A stretch of 64,000 bases of DNA, taken from assembly GCA_026770705.1 (NCBI GenBank), contig JANJGN010000009.1, positions 162,936,001 to 163,000,000 of the forward strand, written 5' to 3'. Both the position numbers and the translations under genes were made by a program. The notes under the pieces are model-generated. The model saw only the letters and a program-made list of their open reading frames with translations. It had not been told where the DNA came from and made no database searches. The stretch comes from Isurus oxyrinchus. Its lineage: Eukaryota. Below are positions 51,250 through 64,000 of the stretch, piece after piece; position 1 is the first letter of the stretch; each line of letters opens with the position of its first letter.

Positions 51250-52275
51250 ATCATTTGAAATTTGGCATTCTTGCTTTTGTCCTGATGATGGAGAAGAGGG
51301 CAATTAAGCAGGAGGCCATGCGCACAGTGGGTATTCAGTCAGCACATCTCCCATCTACACATTCTATGTCTGAGTCCCCTTAGCTTCACTAAAAAAGAGG
51401 CCCGACCATGAGTTATGGCACCTGCTGCCACCACTCGAGTGTCATGTCAGGGCATTGACAGAACTGCCCAGAGCTGTCACGGTCACCATGACCCTTCCTT
51501 TACATGCCACAGGCTCCTTCCAGGCAGCTTGTGACACCAATGGCACCTTATACTTTGCAGACCATCGCCACATAAGGAAGGTTACTGAGGCTCTCTATGC
51601 CAGGAGGAACAGCTGTATCTCTTTCATACTGGACAGAGTGAAATGGTAGAACAGAGCTCTAGGCTTGCAGTCGTCCCCAGGCGTAAGATGCCATTGACGG
51701 CTCCCCATCGCCACCCTGACATATTTGTCAATAGAAAGTGAGTCGACTCCCTCAACGCCCAGCCTGTTTGTAGTCATACACAGCACATCACGTAGGTCTG
51801 TGCCTGGTTTCCCAGTAGCAATCACAATTCATTTATCCAGTGCCAGTCCTCTTTGCCTTTATTCCAACAAGGCCATCAGGTTATGGGCTTGGCCATTGGG
51901 TGACGAAGGCTATCACCTTCAGACTCATAACTTCTGTCAGGAACCTGGCAGAACCCCAGGTCTACAATGAGAGCCATGCTACCACCGAAAGCATCGGCAG
52001 GCACACAAAGGGCACGCCCAAGTAATATTTCTGCTGCCAGGTTTGTTCCGAATGAGCTATGCGGCACAGTCCTGAGTGGGTATTTGGATTTATGGTCATC
52101 TGCTGCATAGTCCATAACTTTGGAGAGTTCTTGTCACATGCCAGGTCTTATCACCACTTGGGCAACAGAAGTAGAATTGAAAACAAAGAAAACTGCGGAT
52201 GCTGGAATTGCCCATTAGTGCTCTTAGCTGCCAGAGCTCCCAGAGAGCAGCTCATCAAAGAGGGCTTCTCCTGAA
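51250..52275 (+). mobile_element. Degenerate Harbinger (HARBI1-like) DDE transposase remnant
   Basis: Frameshifted motifs in the correct order: VTVTMTL..ATGSFQ..HIRKVTEAL, WPLGDEGYHL, YNESHATT, HSPE..VICCIVHN. Confidence 0.75.
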
Positions 52276-52999
52276 CTATCTCTGCCACCTTCAACACACT
52301 AGCAGTCCAACAATCCTAATCATTGCAGTCCTTAATACTACTTCTCTCCCTTTAGTCCAGTCTTAGTAGTGTTGCCCTAACTTTGCAACAAACATAAACA
52401 CCAAAATTGGAAGAACAAACAAATATAACAACTCAGTTCCATCTGGATCTAATAGTTAACAACAATAGTTGAATTGTTGGATCAGTGCTATCCTCTCTAA
52501 TGGATGAACTGAAAGCTTGAAGTAGATAGCTAAATATATCAGACTGTCGAAGAAACTAAGGGCTACCAAATTTACAATGATGACTCCATCCTTAACCTAT
52601 TGACATTCTTGGCCTCATTATTTACTCTAATCCCAATGGAACTCTATCACAATGGGTGTTAAAGAAAAAGAGAGCATCCGCAGCCACTTTGAACATCCCA
52701 TCATGCATCTATCATTGTCATGTGGTGAAGTTTGATATGAAAGTTTTCGGAACAAACAACGAATGACCATTGTATTTTTGCGGGGCCTGCACTGACTAAA
52801 GGGCTTCACATGACCACTCGGGATTCTGTTGGACTGCAGCTGTTCTATTAAACAAAGGAGATGGGCAATGTATCAGATATGACATCTTCTCAGCTCCTCA
52901 AAAACAATATTTGTACAAGAAGCCCCTAAAGGGTGAAAAACATTTATTTTATTTTTAATTGTCTCTGCTCACCTGCCACTTGATTTTTTTTCCGTTTTA

Positions 53000-53387
53000 T
53001 TCTTTCATGGGATGTGGGCATCGCTGGCAAGGCCAACATTTGTTGCCCATCCCTAATTGCCCTTGAACTCGCCATGCTAGGCCATTTTAGAGGGTAGTTA
53101 AGAGTCATCCACATTGCTGTGGGTCTGAATTAACATGTAGGCCAGACCAGATAAGGACAGCAGATTTCCTTCCCTAGAGGACATTAGTAAACCAGATGGG
53201 TTTTTACAACAATTGATGATAGTTTCATGGTCACTGTTATTGAGACTAGCTTTATATTCCAGATTTAGTAATTAAATTCAAATTCTACCAGCTGCCATGG
53301 TGGGATTTGAACACACGCCCCCAGACCATTCACCTGGGCCTCTGGGTTACTAGTCCAGTGACATTACCACGACACCACCATCTCCCC
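53000..53387 (-). mobile_element. tRNA-head SINE sharing its 3' tail with LINE family A (other copies 12634-13560 interrupted, 32247-32582, 55360-55721, 44160-44790 +)
   Basis: Minus strand has A/B-box-like ggtaatgtcactggactag..gttcaaatccc, a conserved central domain and the LINE-A tail. Confidence 0.8.
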
Positions 53388-53795
53388 CTGGACTTGACTA
53401 TTCTAATGCACTCCTGCCTGGACGCCCACATTCTACCCGCCATAAACTTGAGGTCATCCAGACCTCTGCTGTGCATGTATTAACTTGCACCAAGTCCTGT
53501 TCCCCATTCTCAACGACGTACATTGGTGCCCAGTCAAGCAAAATTTTGATTTAATAATGCTCACCCTTGATTTCAAATCCCTCCATGACCCCGGCCCCGC
53601 CCACCACCTACCACCATATCTCTGTAAACTCCTCCAGTTCCACAATCCTCTGTAATATCTGTGCTCATCTGTTTCTGGCCTCTTGTGCATCACCAATTTT
53701 AATCACTCCACCAATGGTGGCTGTGCCATCCATATTTTAAGACCTAAACTCTGGAATACCTTCCCTACAAATCTCAGTTAACTCTAGATTATAAA

Positions 53796-54030
53796 CAAAA
53801 ACAGAATTACCTGGAAAAACTCAGCAGGTCTGGCAGCATCGGCGGAGAAGAAAAGAGTTGACGTTTCGAGTCCTCATGACCCTTCGACAGCAGTTCTGTC
53901 GAAGGGTCGTGAGGACTCGAAACGTCAACTCTTTTCTTCTCCGCCGATGCTGCCAGACCTGCTGAGTTTTTCCAGGTAATTCTGTTTTTGTTTTGGATTT
54001 CCAGCATCCGCAGTTTTTTTTTGTTTTTAT
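53796..54030. mobile_element. Palindromic PLE 3'-end insertion inside an L2 fragment
   Basis: Inverted arms centred at about 53892. 14-bp TSD ctctagattataaa (53782-53795 / 54031-54044). Confidence 0.88.
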
Positions 54031-56279
54031 CTCTAGATTATAAATCTACATCACTTACCTCCTTTACAACACTCCTTAAAACCAAACTCTTTGTCAAATT
54101 GTTCGATCATCTGACCTAATAACTCCCTACGTGTCTCAGTGTCATAGCTTGTTATATGATGCTCCTGTGAAGTATTCTAAGACGTTTTATTATGTTAAAG
54201 GCACAATATAAATAAGTTGTTTTTGTTGTGAGCCTCTTCGCAGCACTAAAGGCTAAAAGAAACAGCACACTGTTCCATAAAGATGATTGTACACTATTTA
54301 GGATTTATTTGTTTTCTGTGTAGCAGAGAGGAAGCATCCCTGTTATTTGACTATCTTGAGAAGCCAATAAAACCATGGGATTATCGACATGTGTAATAAG
54401 CTTACTTGACGTGACCTCACAAGTCATCCTGCCCAGTTAGTGATGCACAACTGTCCCACTTTATTAAGGTTGATCTCAGCTGAAGTAGACTGTGCAGCAA
54501 GCAGGAAGCTGCATCCAAGGGAATTTAGGAATAACAGGAGCTATACCGGGAGATCCGGTGGTGGCATCATGACTTTACCAGATTAGCATCTTATCTACTA
54601 AGAGGATTACTGCTCAGAACGAAGAGCTTAACCTGGCAGCTCAGGATCGGAGCAAACATTTAATCAGCAAATGCGGCAGGAATCTACATAAGCTCCAGCA
54701 GGGGGGATTTTGCATGTTCCGTTTGTAATTTGTCTTTCCCTCAAATCCACTTCTCCCGCTGTTACGTTGTTAAAGAAAGCAGACACTTCCTGACTGGGAC
54801 CACCAGGAATTAGGAACAGAATCCCTCCTGCAACTAATCAACTCACCAACTCGACCACCTTTTGGACCGTTCCCTCCCCATTTGCTCATCAACCGATTTG
54901 TATTCACCCCTTGTCGCTATCACTCCAGTCTACTTTCAAATGGAAACATATATAACTAACTAGGTAGTCCACAATCCCAACCAAAACGCCATCGTTAGAT
55001 TGGTAGGGATCACAGTGTATTAAAGCTTAGAAACTACTTTAGGTATTAGGGGCTGTTTGGATGATATTCCTCTTATTTCATTGCAAATGGATTAAGGCTT
55101 CCACAAAGTAATAGAACAACGCTACACAAGCATGCCAACCACTGCAGCATTCATGAAGGTGGCACATTTCCTTCTCAAGGGCAATTAAGGATGGGCAATA
55201 AATGCTGGCCTTACCAGCGACATGCAGATCCCAAGAAAAAAAACTTTTAAAAAATATTAAAATCACCAAGTAATTTCTTTTTAAGAATAATTTCTCGTTT
55301 AAAATAGACATAGCTTTTAAAACCATAGAAATTTCAGCACAGGAGGATTTTTAGTTTATTTGTTCGTGGGATATGGGCATCACTGGCTAGGCCAGTATTT
55401 ATTGCCCATCCCTAATTGCCCTTGTTCAGAGGACATTAAAGAGTCAACCAGATTGCTGGTTGGGTCTGGAGCCACATGTAGGCCAGATCAGGTAAGGACA
55501 GCAGATTTCCTTCCCTAAAGGGGCCAAGTGAACCAGATGGGTTTTTATGACAATCGGCAATGGTTTCAGGAGTCAGCGTCAGACTGTTAATTCCAGATTT
55601 TCACTGAATTCAGATTTCACCATCTGCCATGGTGGGATTCACACCCAAATCCCCAGAGTATTACTCTGGGTCTCTGGATTACTAGCCCAGTGACAATACC
55701 ACCGTGCCACCACTTCCCCCCAAATGCCAGATTGTTCACTGTACATGTTCTAGTGAACAGCTTTAGTAACAGAACCCAAACACAATGCACATTAATTAGA
55801 ACTTGTCTCATCATATGTTAAGAAAATGTGCACTGACATCGGTACGAGGAGCAATGAAAATCTTTGGCTAAGGGCAAGAGTTCAGATGCAAGCAAGTTCC
55901 TTCTTAACATCAAAGAGGATCAATTAATTTGAAGGGCAAGGATTTTAAATTAAAGCGCGGGCACCACAAAAAAAAGGGACCTACACAGCATAGTTTACAA
56001 ACATGGTGCAGGATTCCTGATCAAGCAGAATAATTGTGCAACGTGTTTACTGGATCCACACCGGTTGGTGAAGCTAAAACTAAGACACAGCAGCTTTCTT
56101 TGCTACACAGAATTTATTGGCTTAGTTCACAGTCAACACTACTCCAAACCCCCAGTGTCCCAGCCATCCCCGTTTATATGCTGCTTTGATTTATCCCCAT
56201 TTATAGGTGGACAAATACCCATCACCTGTTTGACAATGCAATTGCCGTTAAACCTTAACAATGTAGTTCATAAGACTTT

Positions 56280-57091
56280 GGCCTGAATTTTACCCTCCCC
56301 TTGGCGTATTTTTAGGTTTGGGAGGGGTGGGGGGGTTGGGGGGGGTGGTGGGTGGTGTAGGGGAGAGGGAAATTGCAGGGTTGGGATTCCGTCCAGGTTC
56401 CTGCCCACCCTGAGCTTGCTGCAATTTTATGCTGGGGCTGGCAATGCCCTGGGTGGGAAGCCTGCCCTTTGCCGTGAATGAGGCCACTTTAGGGCCTTTT
56501 CCCACCCAGCCTCAATTTTTAGGTGGGGGGCAGATTGAAGCACCATGGGGAAGGCTGAAAATAGTCTGTTAGATCTGGGATGGGAGGTTGGCGTGGTGGG
56601 TGGGTTGGGGGGGGTGGGGGGTGGGGGGGGAGATGCCTCCATCAGAAGCCTTGCTCTGGCTGGGAGGGCCCCCTCCCCCCTTTCCCACCCCGCCCCCAAA
56701 GGCCCAGTGACATCCTGACCTCTCTCCCCCCTGAACCCCAATTACCCCCCTCCAGACAATGCCCCCCCCCCCCCCCCCCCCCCCCACCTCCCAGGCCTTC
56801 CCTACCCTCCCCACCCTGGGGCCCCTGGCACTTACTTTTTCCTCTGGTTCCTGGATTTGGTCTCAGGCCTCTTGGTGGGTGCAGTTCCTCTCTCAGCCAC
56901 TGCAGCGCCATTGCAGCGGGGACAGGGGAAGCTGCCAGCCACTCTGATTGGCCGGCAACTCTCTCTAAGGCGGGACCTCCTCCCGAGTGAGGGGCAGAAT
57001 TCCGACCTAATGCCAATCAACGGTCATTAGAGCGTAAATTGGCAGCGGGGCAGTCAGAGTGGGGGTCCCCGCCATCCTAAAAATTCAGGCC
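56280..57091. mobile_element. Harbinger-type MITE
   Basis: TIRs ggcctgaatttt / aaaattcaggcc; G/C-run-rich interior. Confidence 0.7.
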
Positions 57092-57407
57092 ATTGGCTCC
57101 GCGAACCTCTCACCAAATCCCATTCATTAAACCATGCCATTACTTAGCGATTTAGTTATTTAGATGCGGATGTGCCTCAGATAGTGGTATTGTAAAAATG
57201 GGATAAATAGGGGAACAAATTAATAATGTAATACTCACTTATTGGGGTGGGAGGTGATTTACAAAGAGCCAAAACACCAGTATGGACCGAGTGGTCTGTT
57301 TGAATGCTTTACCCTCTGTGTAATTCTATGCGACACAGAAATATAAAACAGCCCAAAGTTACAAAAATTCCAAGGGTTTCTTTCTACCTCCACCAAGAGA
57401 ACTCAAG

Positions 57408-58115
57408 GGCCAGAATTCTTACCTCGATGGGCGGGCGGACCCCACCGGCTCGGCGGCCGACGGGTAGCTGAACTCCGCCACCGAAACGGGGACCCGCCTC
57501 CATTTTAAGTGGGCGGGCCAATTAAGGCCCCGCCCAGCGGCCTGCCCGACAGGAAGCGCTATGCACTTCCTGTACGGGGGAGGGGTGGGGGGAGGGATTC
57601 CCCGTCTGTCAGAGTGCGCTCTTTCACGCATGCGCACTGCTCCCTGAGGCTAAGTGCTGTCTCAGGGAGATCACTGACAGTGTAAAAAAACATTAAAAAT
57701 AGAAAAATATAAAAATTATTAACATGCCCCCCTCATGTGACAATGTCACACGAGATGGGACATGTTAATAAAATGGACATAAACTTTATTAAACTTTTTA
57801 AAAACGGGCATGAAGCCTCATCCCGCCGGTGGGTGAGGTTTCCTGTATTATCAGGAGCCCGCTGGGGTTCCTGGCCAGTCCGCCAGCCTTAAGGTTGGAC
57901 GGGCAGGGTCTTTAATGATCTTAGTTAGCCTGTTGATGGCCTCAATTGGCCATTGACAGGTCGGCAGGCAAACAGCTGATTTCACTGTCCGCCCGCCTTC
58001 CTCAATATTTAAATGGACCGAGATGACATCAGGGGTTCCTCCTGACATCATCCCTCGTCATTTTCCCCTCGGCGAGTGGGCCCCGCCCCCAAATCGCCAA
58101 CAGGAAAATTCTGGC
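57408..58115. mobile_element. Harbinger-type MITE (same family as 29044-29587; related end at 1-184)
   Basis: TIRs ggccagaatt / aattctggcc with a 3-bp aag duplication. Strong similarity to 29044-29587. Confidence 0.8.
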
Positions 58116-58619
58116 CAAGGTTTCAAACCATGTGGTCGAGGCAGAACTGAAAGATAAAACAACCTTTAATGCACAAGAACTAGAAAACATTCATTTATTG
58201 ACTGAAAAGCACAAAACTCCCAATGAATATTTACAGAAAAACAGCAAATTAAAAACAGGTCTCAGCAAACAGCACCTTAATGTAGCCCTAATGATGATAT
58301 ATGTCAATAATCGTTAGGTTCTCTCCCACTCCACTTTACCACTGAGAAGTAAGCTAAAGTTCACTCACATCCTTGTTTTCAATACCTCCATGACCTCACC
58401 CCTCCATATTTCTGTTATCTCCTCCAGCCCAACGAACCTCTGAAATACCTGCGCATATCCAATTCTGGCCAATTGAACATCCTGATTTTAAACCACTCAA
58501 TCACTGTCAAGACCCTGAGCTCTGGAATTTCCTTACTAAAGCTCTCCACCTCTCTACCTTGCTTTACTCCCTTAAGATGTTCCATTAGAAACTATACCTA
58601 TGTGTTCTAATATCGCCAA

Positions 58620-59030
58620 CAAAAGTAAAATACGACAGAAAGTGCTGGAAAGTCTGAAGAAGAGTCATATTCGGCTCAAAACATTAACTCTGTTTCTCTC
58701 TCCATAGATGCTGTTAGACCTGTTGAGTATCTCCAGCATTTGTGATGCTTATCTCCTTCTGTGTCATTGGTGGCAAGTTTGGCTTTTTATAATGCTCCGG
58801 TGAAGCACCTTGGGGCATTTTACTACATTAACATTTACTATGTAAATACAAGCAGTTTACAAATACAAGCTGTCATGCTGTGGTTTCAGGTAGCAGTCGC
58901 CTCTCATCAACCAGCCACCTCATGACATTAACTGTATCCCTCTCCGCAGATGCTGTCAGACCTGCTGAGTTTTTCCAGCTATTTTTGTTTTTGTTTCAGA
59001 TTTCCAGCATCCGCAGTATTTTGCTTTTAA
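58620..59030 (+). mobile_element. Two older-subfamily PLE 3'-end fragments (58620-58745 and 58926-59030)
   Basis: ctgaagaagagtcatattcggctcaaaacattaactc (CUGAAGA core) and gatgctgtcagacctgctgag..ccagcatccgcag. Confidence 0.65.
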
Positions 59031-61333
59031 CTTCCTGACAGCAGCTAGTTAATCATGAGAGATTTAAAATATGCCAAGATAGGTTTTTGTGCAGGGTGAG
59101 AGTTAGGAACGACTTTTGTGCGGTAAACCCATGGAGTGAGACTGTCTAAGCTCACGTTTCAAAGAAGGCTCACTGCTGGCAGATAGAAGGAGACTCTCCA
59201 GTTATTCATCCAGGTTGGATTTTAACCAAAGGAGCTTTGGCAATGTCAACATCGAACTCACGGTTCCATCCGGATTTTCCATCTCAGAAATGGTTTCATC
59301 TGCATTATTCTGCAAAGAAATGGATGGCCACACTGATGACATATGGAAACCATAGAAACAAAAGCATTTTTAGAATTTTTTTCAAATGAGCAACATGATC
59401 CTAAAGGTCAGGAGAAACACCACAAGGTTATTTTTCCTTTGGTAGTATCTAATCTGTGAATGGGACTACGTGGCCAGAATAGATGTCCTTCGGAACATCT
59501 ACGGCAAGTAAAGTATTTGTTTCCTCATGTGTCAACTTTTGTTAAATTGTCACAATTTACAATCTTTTTAACCAGGCTCCCTGAAAACCTCTATTCTTCT
59601 TTAGCATTTTCCCATTCATGAAACTGAGCAATGCCACATCTGAATTGGAGCCAATCTTCGCTCTCTGTCCCCTTCCCCTCCCCTTGCCATCTCCACCTTC
59701 TAATTTACCATGAGTTCCTCATAATTGGCCTTTAACAGGCTTTCAACAATTAAGACGCTGGGTGGTGGCTTGCTAATTCCTATGAACTCTACTTGGGGTA
59801 GTGGCACAGATAATCCAAACATTTTTAACCTGTGATTCCAACACACAGACTGGCACGAAGGTTATAACACAGGGGTTCTTTATTCCAATCGCATCCAATC
59901 TTCTTGAACGTTAATGGAAAAGCTTAACTTAGAGGAACAAACTATTTATAATGGATATTCACGGCCAATGCTCCAGATTCCAGGATACGGTTGAGAGCTT
60001 AACTCTTGATCTCTAATCAGCCAGATAGCAGAATTCAATTGGTATAGCTCCCATTGCTAATTTCCTGTGACCATGTGAACTCAGTTACCATGTCTCATGG
60101 ACACGAAGGGGGTCTTCCTCTTTTTGTGCCCTCTCGAGCTCAGGGGTACTGTCCAAGTTGTGTGCCCAGCTCTCTAGTGGTTGTTTGCTCCCTCTGCTGC
60201 TGCTTCCTGGCTCTGTCACCATCATCAGAGGCCTTGGCCTGCTCTATTCATGGCCTTGGCTCCTCAACGCTATGACTCACCACCCTCGAACTTCTACTTC
60301 AGCTGCTTGCTGCTGCCCTTCTCTCCCTATCTTCGCGAGGTGCCTGGTCCTTCCTTCTTCAGCCCACACCCCGAGCTCCAGACTCCACCTCCCTCTTCTT
60401 CAGCCTGCACTCTGGGCTCAGGCTCCACCCCCAGCCCCCAGCTTTGCCTCTTGTCCTCAGGGGAGACCCCAGGGCCCACCTAATCCCTTGCCTGGCATCC
60501 TCTCAGGCCGACAGACCTCCACTGGCAGAAATCTAGTGCCCTGCAGGGAATGCCCCATAGTCGGCAGGGCCCAGCTTCAGGCCCCAATCCAAAATCGGGA
60601 CTCTGAGGGCCCACTCACCTCCCCCACCACACACTTTGAGTAAAGAGGTTTTTAATAACAATTTTAGGTTTTTTTTTGCTAATTCAAACTTATAGCCTCT
60701 GCTGCTCCTGACCTAGTTTAGTTTTAAGTAATTTTCTGGCTTTATTTATACCAGTATCATTTATGTAGATGGTCCGGCCATTTATTTAATTGCTACTTGT
60801 GGGATCTTGCTGTGCACAACTTGGCTGCTGCATTTTCTATATTACATCAGTGACCACGCTTCAAAAAGTACTTCCCGAAATGCCTTACAGCCAATGATGT
60901 CCTGAATTTGTCAAAGGCTCGATATAAATTCCAGTCTTTTTTTCTGCAGATTTAATATTGTTATATCTCAAGGACCGACAACAGTCTGTGTTTATAGAGT
61001 GTTTTACTAGTAAAACATCCCAAAATGCTTCACAGAAGTAGAATTTGACACTGAACCACAGGAGGTCAAGGCGGGAAAAGATGTAGGTTTTAAGGAGAAT
61101 CTTAAAAGGAGGGGAGCGATGTAGTGAGGTGATGAAATATAGGGAGGAAATTCCAGAACTTGGGGCCTAGACAGCTGAAGGCACGACTACCAAAGCTGGA
61201 ATGATGTGAACAATGCCCTGATTGGAGGAGTGCAGAGATCTCCGAGGGCTGTAGGACAGGAGAAGATTACAGAGATAAGGAGAGATAAGACCAAGGAGGG
61301 ATTTGATAACAAGGATGTGCAAAGGCAGGCTCT

Positions 61334-62103
61334 GCGACCGCTTTGCAGAACACCTGCAGTCTGTCCGCAAGAATGACCCAAACCTCCCTGTCGCTTGCCA
61401 TTTTAACACTCCACCCTGCTCTCTTGCCCACATGACTGTCCTTGGCCTGCTGCATTGTTCCAGTGAAGCCCAACGCAAACTGGAGGAACAACACCTCATC
61501 TTCCGACTAGGCACCTTACAGCCTTCCGGACTGAATATTGAATTCAACAACTTTACGTCGTGAGCTCCCTCCCCCATCCCCACCCCCTTTCTGTTTCCCC
61601 CTTCCCTTTTTTTTTCTAATAAATTATATAGATTTTCCTTTTCCCACCTATTTCCATTATTTTTAAAAATTTTTAAAAATCTTTTATGCTCTCCCCACCC
61701 CCACTAGAGCTGTACCTTGAGTGCCCTACCATCCATTCTTAATTAGCACATTCGTTTAGGTAATATCACCAACTTTAACACCTATGTGTTATTTTGTTCT
61801 ATTGTTGTTGACATCTTTTGATGATCTGCTTCTATCACTGCTTGTTTATCCCTACAACCACACCCCCCCCTCCACTTCTCTCTCTCTCTCTCTCTCCGCC
61901 TCCCCCACACACACACCTTAAACCAGCTTATATTTCAACTCTTTCTTGGACTCGAAATCAAGTTCTGTCGAAGGGTCATGAGGACTCGAAACGTCAACTC
62001 TTTTCTTCTCCGCCGATGCTGCCAGACCTGCTGAGTTTTTCCAGGGAATTCTGTTTTTGTTTTTGTTTTGGATTTCCAGCATCCGCAGTTTTTTTGTTTT
62101 TAT
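61334..62103 (+). mobile_element. Penelope-like element, 5'-truncated: GIY-YIG endonuclease C-terminus plus 3' UTR/pseudo-LTR
   Basis: ORF ..DRFAEHLQSVRKNDPNLPVACHFN..H..VLGL..RKLEEQHLIFRLGTLQPSGLNIEF is typical of the PLE endonuclease C-terminus. The 3' end is shared with the palindromic copies. Candidate TSD caggctct (61326-61333 / 62104-62111). Confidence 0.88.
61961..61999 (+). ncRNA. Minimal type I hammerhead-ribozyme-like motif in the PLE pseudo-LTR
   Basis: AGUU-CUGUCGA-A-GGGUC(AUGAG)GACUC-GAAAC-GUC-AACU gives stem I, core, stem II, GAAA, palindromic ACGU stem III and a GUC site. The core has U in place of A6. Confidence 0.6.
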
Positions 62104-63682
62104 CAGGCTCTTTCTGTCTAGCTTTGCTAATTAGGGGTGCAGAAATTCCTTCAGTTCTTTCTCTTCCATTTTTAAACACGTGTAATTCTTATTTTCTTCC
62201 ATCACAGGGGAACAATTGTCGTATTTAATGGCTATTTTTTTAAAATTCTGAATCGTTTCATTGTTTGTCAAGGTTAAAAGGACATCTCAGTAATCCATGT
62301 AGCTAGATCACTTTGCATAGATCATTAGCTACTTTTCCCTTTGAGCAACAAATGATGCTCTTGTGATGGGACCTGCTAAGCCCTTCAAACTAATCCAGAT
62401 TTCATTGCTGAACTTTTAAAACACTGGTTGGAACGAGTACTTGAGGTCATATGTGCATACATTAAAAAAAGGGTAACCAGGGAGCAACTGGTCCATTAAT
62501 TCCACCTTGTCATGGTGTAGCTTCTATACAGCATCATCCTCTTGCCCCTGCCACCATATCCGTGTCCACCCCCATGCAGCCAAGCAATCTCCCAGGAGAG
62601 GCAAATGAACGGTGATAGAGATAGCGATTGGAATTCCCTCTAATCAAAGCACCCAGGGTCAATATCCAGCAATTCAGATACAGCATAACCAGACCTAGAG
62701 TAAAGTTCCCTCCACTATCCCTCAGCAATGTGCCTCAGCCCTTACCTCAAGCAGTGTGAGGAACATTCTTTGTTCCAGTCATACTCGGGTCCCCTCCCTC
62801 ATGTATTTCTCTGGCACATTGATAGCAACGTTGGTGCTGCTTCCTGGTGTTTCCAGCGTTTGCAGTGTTTTGCTTTTGTCCCAGGCAAGCGTCTTTATCT
62901 GCATCAGTGTGATTCCTCTCTTTCACGTTCTCCACATCATCCATCCTGAGGCTTGAGTTAGGCCACCAGCCACTCTGGTACTTGAGTTAGCTTGCCAATT
63001 AAAGAAAAAATTAAACGTATAGTTTCATGCTGCAGGATTAGGTCCAGTAAGACCTGAACTAACAGTAATTAAACTCTGCTTCTGTTTCTGATTTGGTTGT
63101 GTCAGCATCACAGAGTTAAATCTGTATTCCACCACCAACATTTTTTTGGGCAGTGCTAGCTAAACCAGGCATGACTTGCTGAGATGGTAGTCCTGATAAT
63201 GAAAACCTACAAATAGAAATAATCTGAAGATGAGTCTTGAAGGTTTTCAGTGATGGGGCTGTGACTATTTCCTTTGGCAGCTTGTTCCACTGTGGGATTG
63301 TCTTTGGGAAGAAAGATTGTTGATGCGCTGTCTAGGTAATTAGTGTGGGTGGCTACCTTGAGTTTTGTCAATGCTGGAGGACACCAGATACTTGTTTCTG
63401 TCAATTCCCAACAGTCCACTCCATGTTTTATAGAATACAGTCAGTCTATTTATTTCACTTCATTTCATTTCTTGTTGGACGATTATAGCAAACGAGCTTC
63501 ACCACGTTTTTGAGGGCTGGATTCAGAGGCGAATGGTCAGCGCAAAACCCACTGCACCAACCAGGTCCCTATCTCTGACTTCTCTTTATGCTCATATACT
63601 CTATGTGGAGTCTATACACCTTCCCTATGGCACACTGTATGTCCTCTTTTTTTGTGGTAACTGTTGTTTTTCAATGTTTCAG

Positions 63683-63725
63683 GTGCTGGTGAATCAGGAA
63701 AAAGTACCATCGTCAAACAAATGAA
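63683..63725 (+). CDS. GNAT2: GNAT2 coding exon 2 (P-loop GAGESGKSTIVKQMK); gene continues beyond the window
   Basis: Acceptor ttttcaatgtttcag|, 43-nt exon, donor AA|gtaagt. In phase with exon 1; conserved Gi/Gt exon size. Confidence 0.95.
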
Positions 63726-64000
63726 GTAAGTTTTGATTTCTCCTGCATTTTCCTTTTATTTAAGGAGATACAAAAGTTTAATCACTTCACTGATATGATC
63801 CCATTAATCATACAATGGAATTTCAGTGTTAAAATAACTGTGGTGTTCCAGGCACACATATCCATGTGCCATTCATTGCCACTTGCTGCAGCTTCCCAAC
63901 TACACTACAAACACATTTACATTTTCAAATCAAGCTGTAATTGCACGTTTCCTCCCACATGTACGAAACTCAGATCATCAGTTCACACTTGCAGACTGTC

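Noticed and set aside
54330-54920. Possible LTR remnant (also about 59830-60650)
   Set aside because: No clear termini, TSD or second copy in the window to support it.

Overview
Vertebrate nuclear DNA, most likely from a shark or other cartilaginous fish; this is inferred from the repeat landscape (CR1/L2 LINEs, Deu-type and other tRNA SINEs, Penelope-like elements, Harbinger MITEs). Two + strand genes can be assembled from phase-consistent GT-AG exons. The first is a complete 7-exon EFCC1-like gene (CDS 11533-28246, 644 aa) with a near-canonical EF-hand loop. The second is exons 1-2 of cone transducin alpha, GNAT2 (39811-39928 and 63683-63725), separated by a 23.8-kb intron. The rest is mostly nested transposons. 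The most striking structure is a family of Penelope-like (GIY-YIG) 3'-end insertions. Most copies are asymmetric head-to-head palindromes with 14-15 bp target-site duplications (TSDs) and microhomology junctions, and each arm carries a minimal hammerhead-ribozyme motif with a variant core. The window also contains three local inverted duplications, a tandemly amplified solo-LTR/satellite unit and two minisatellites.
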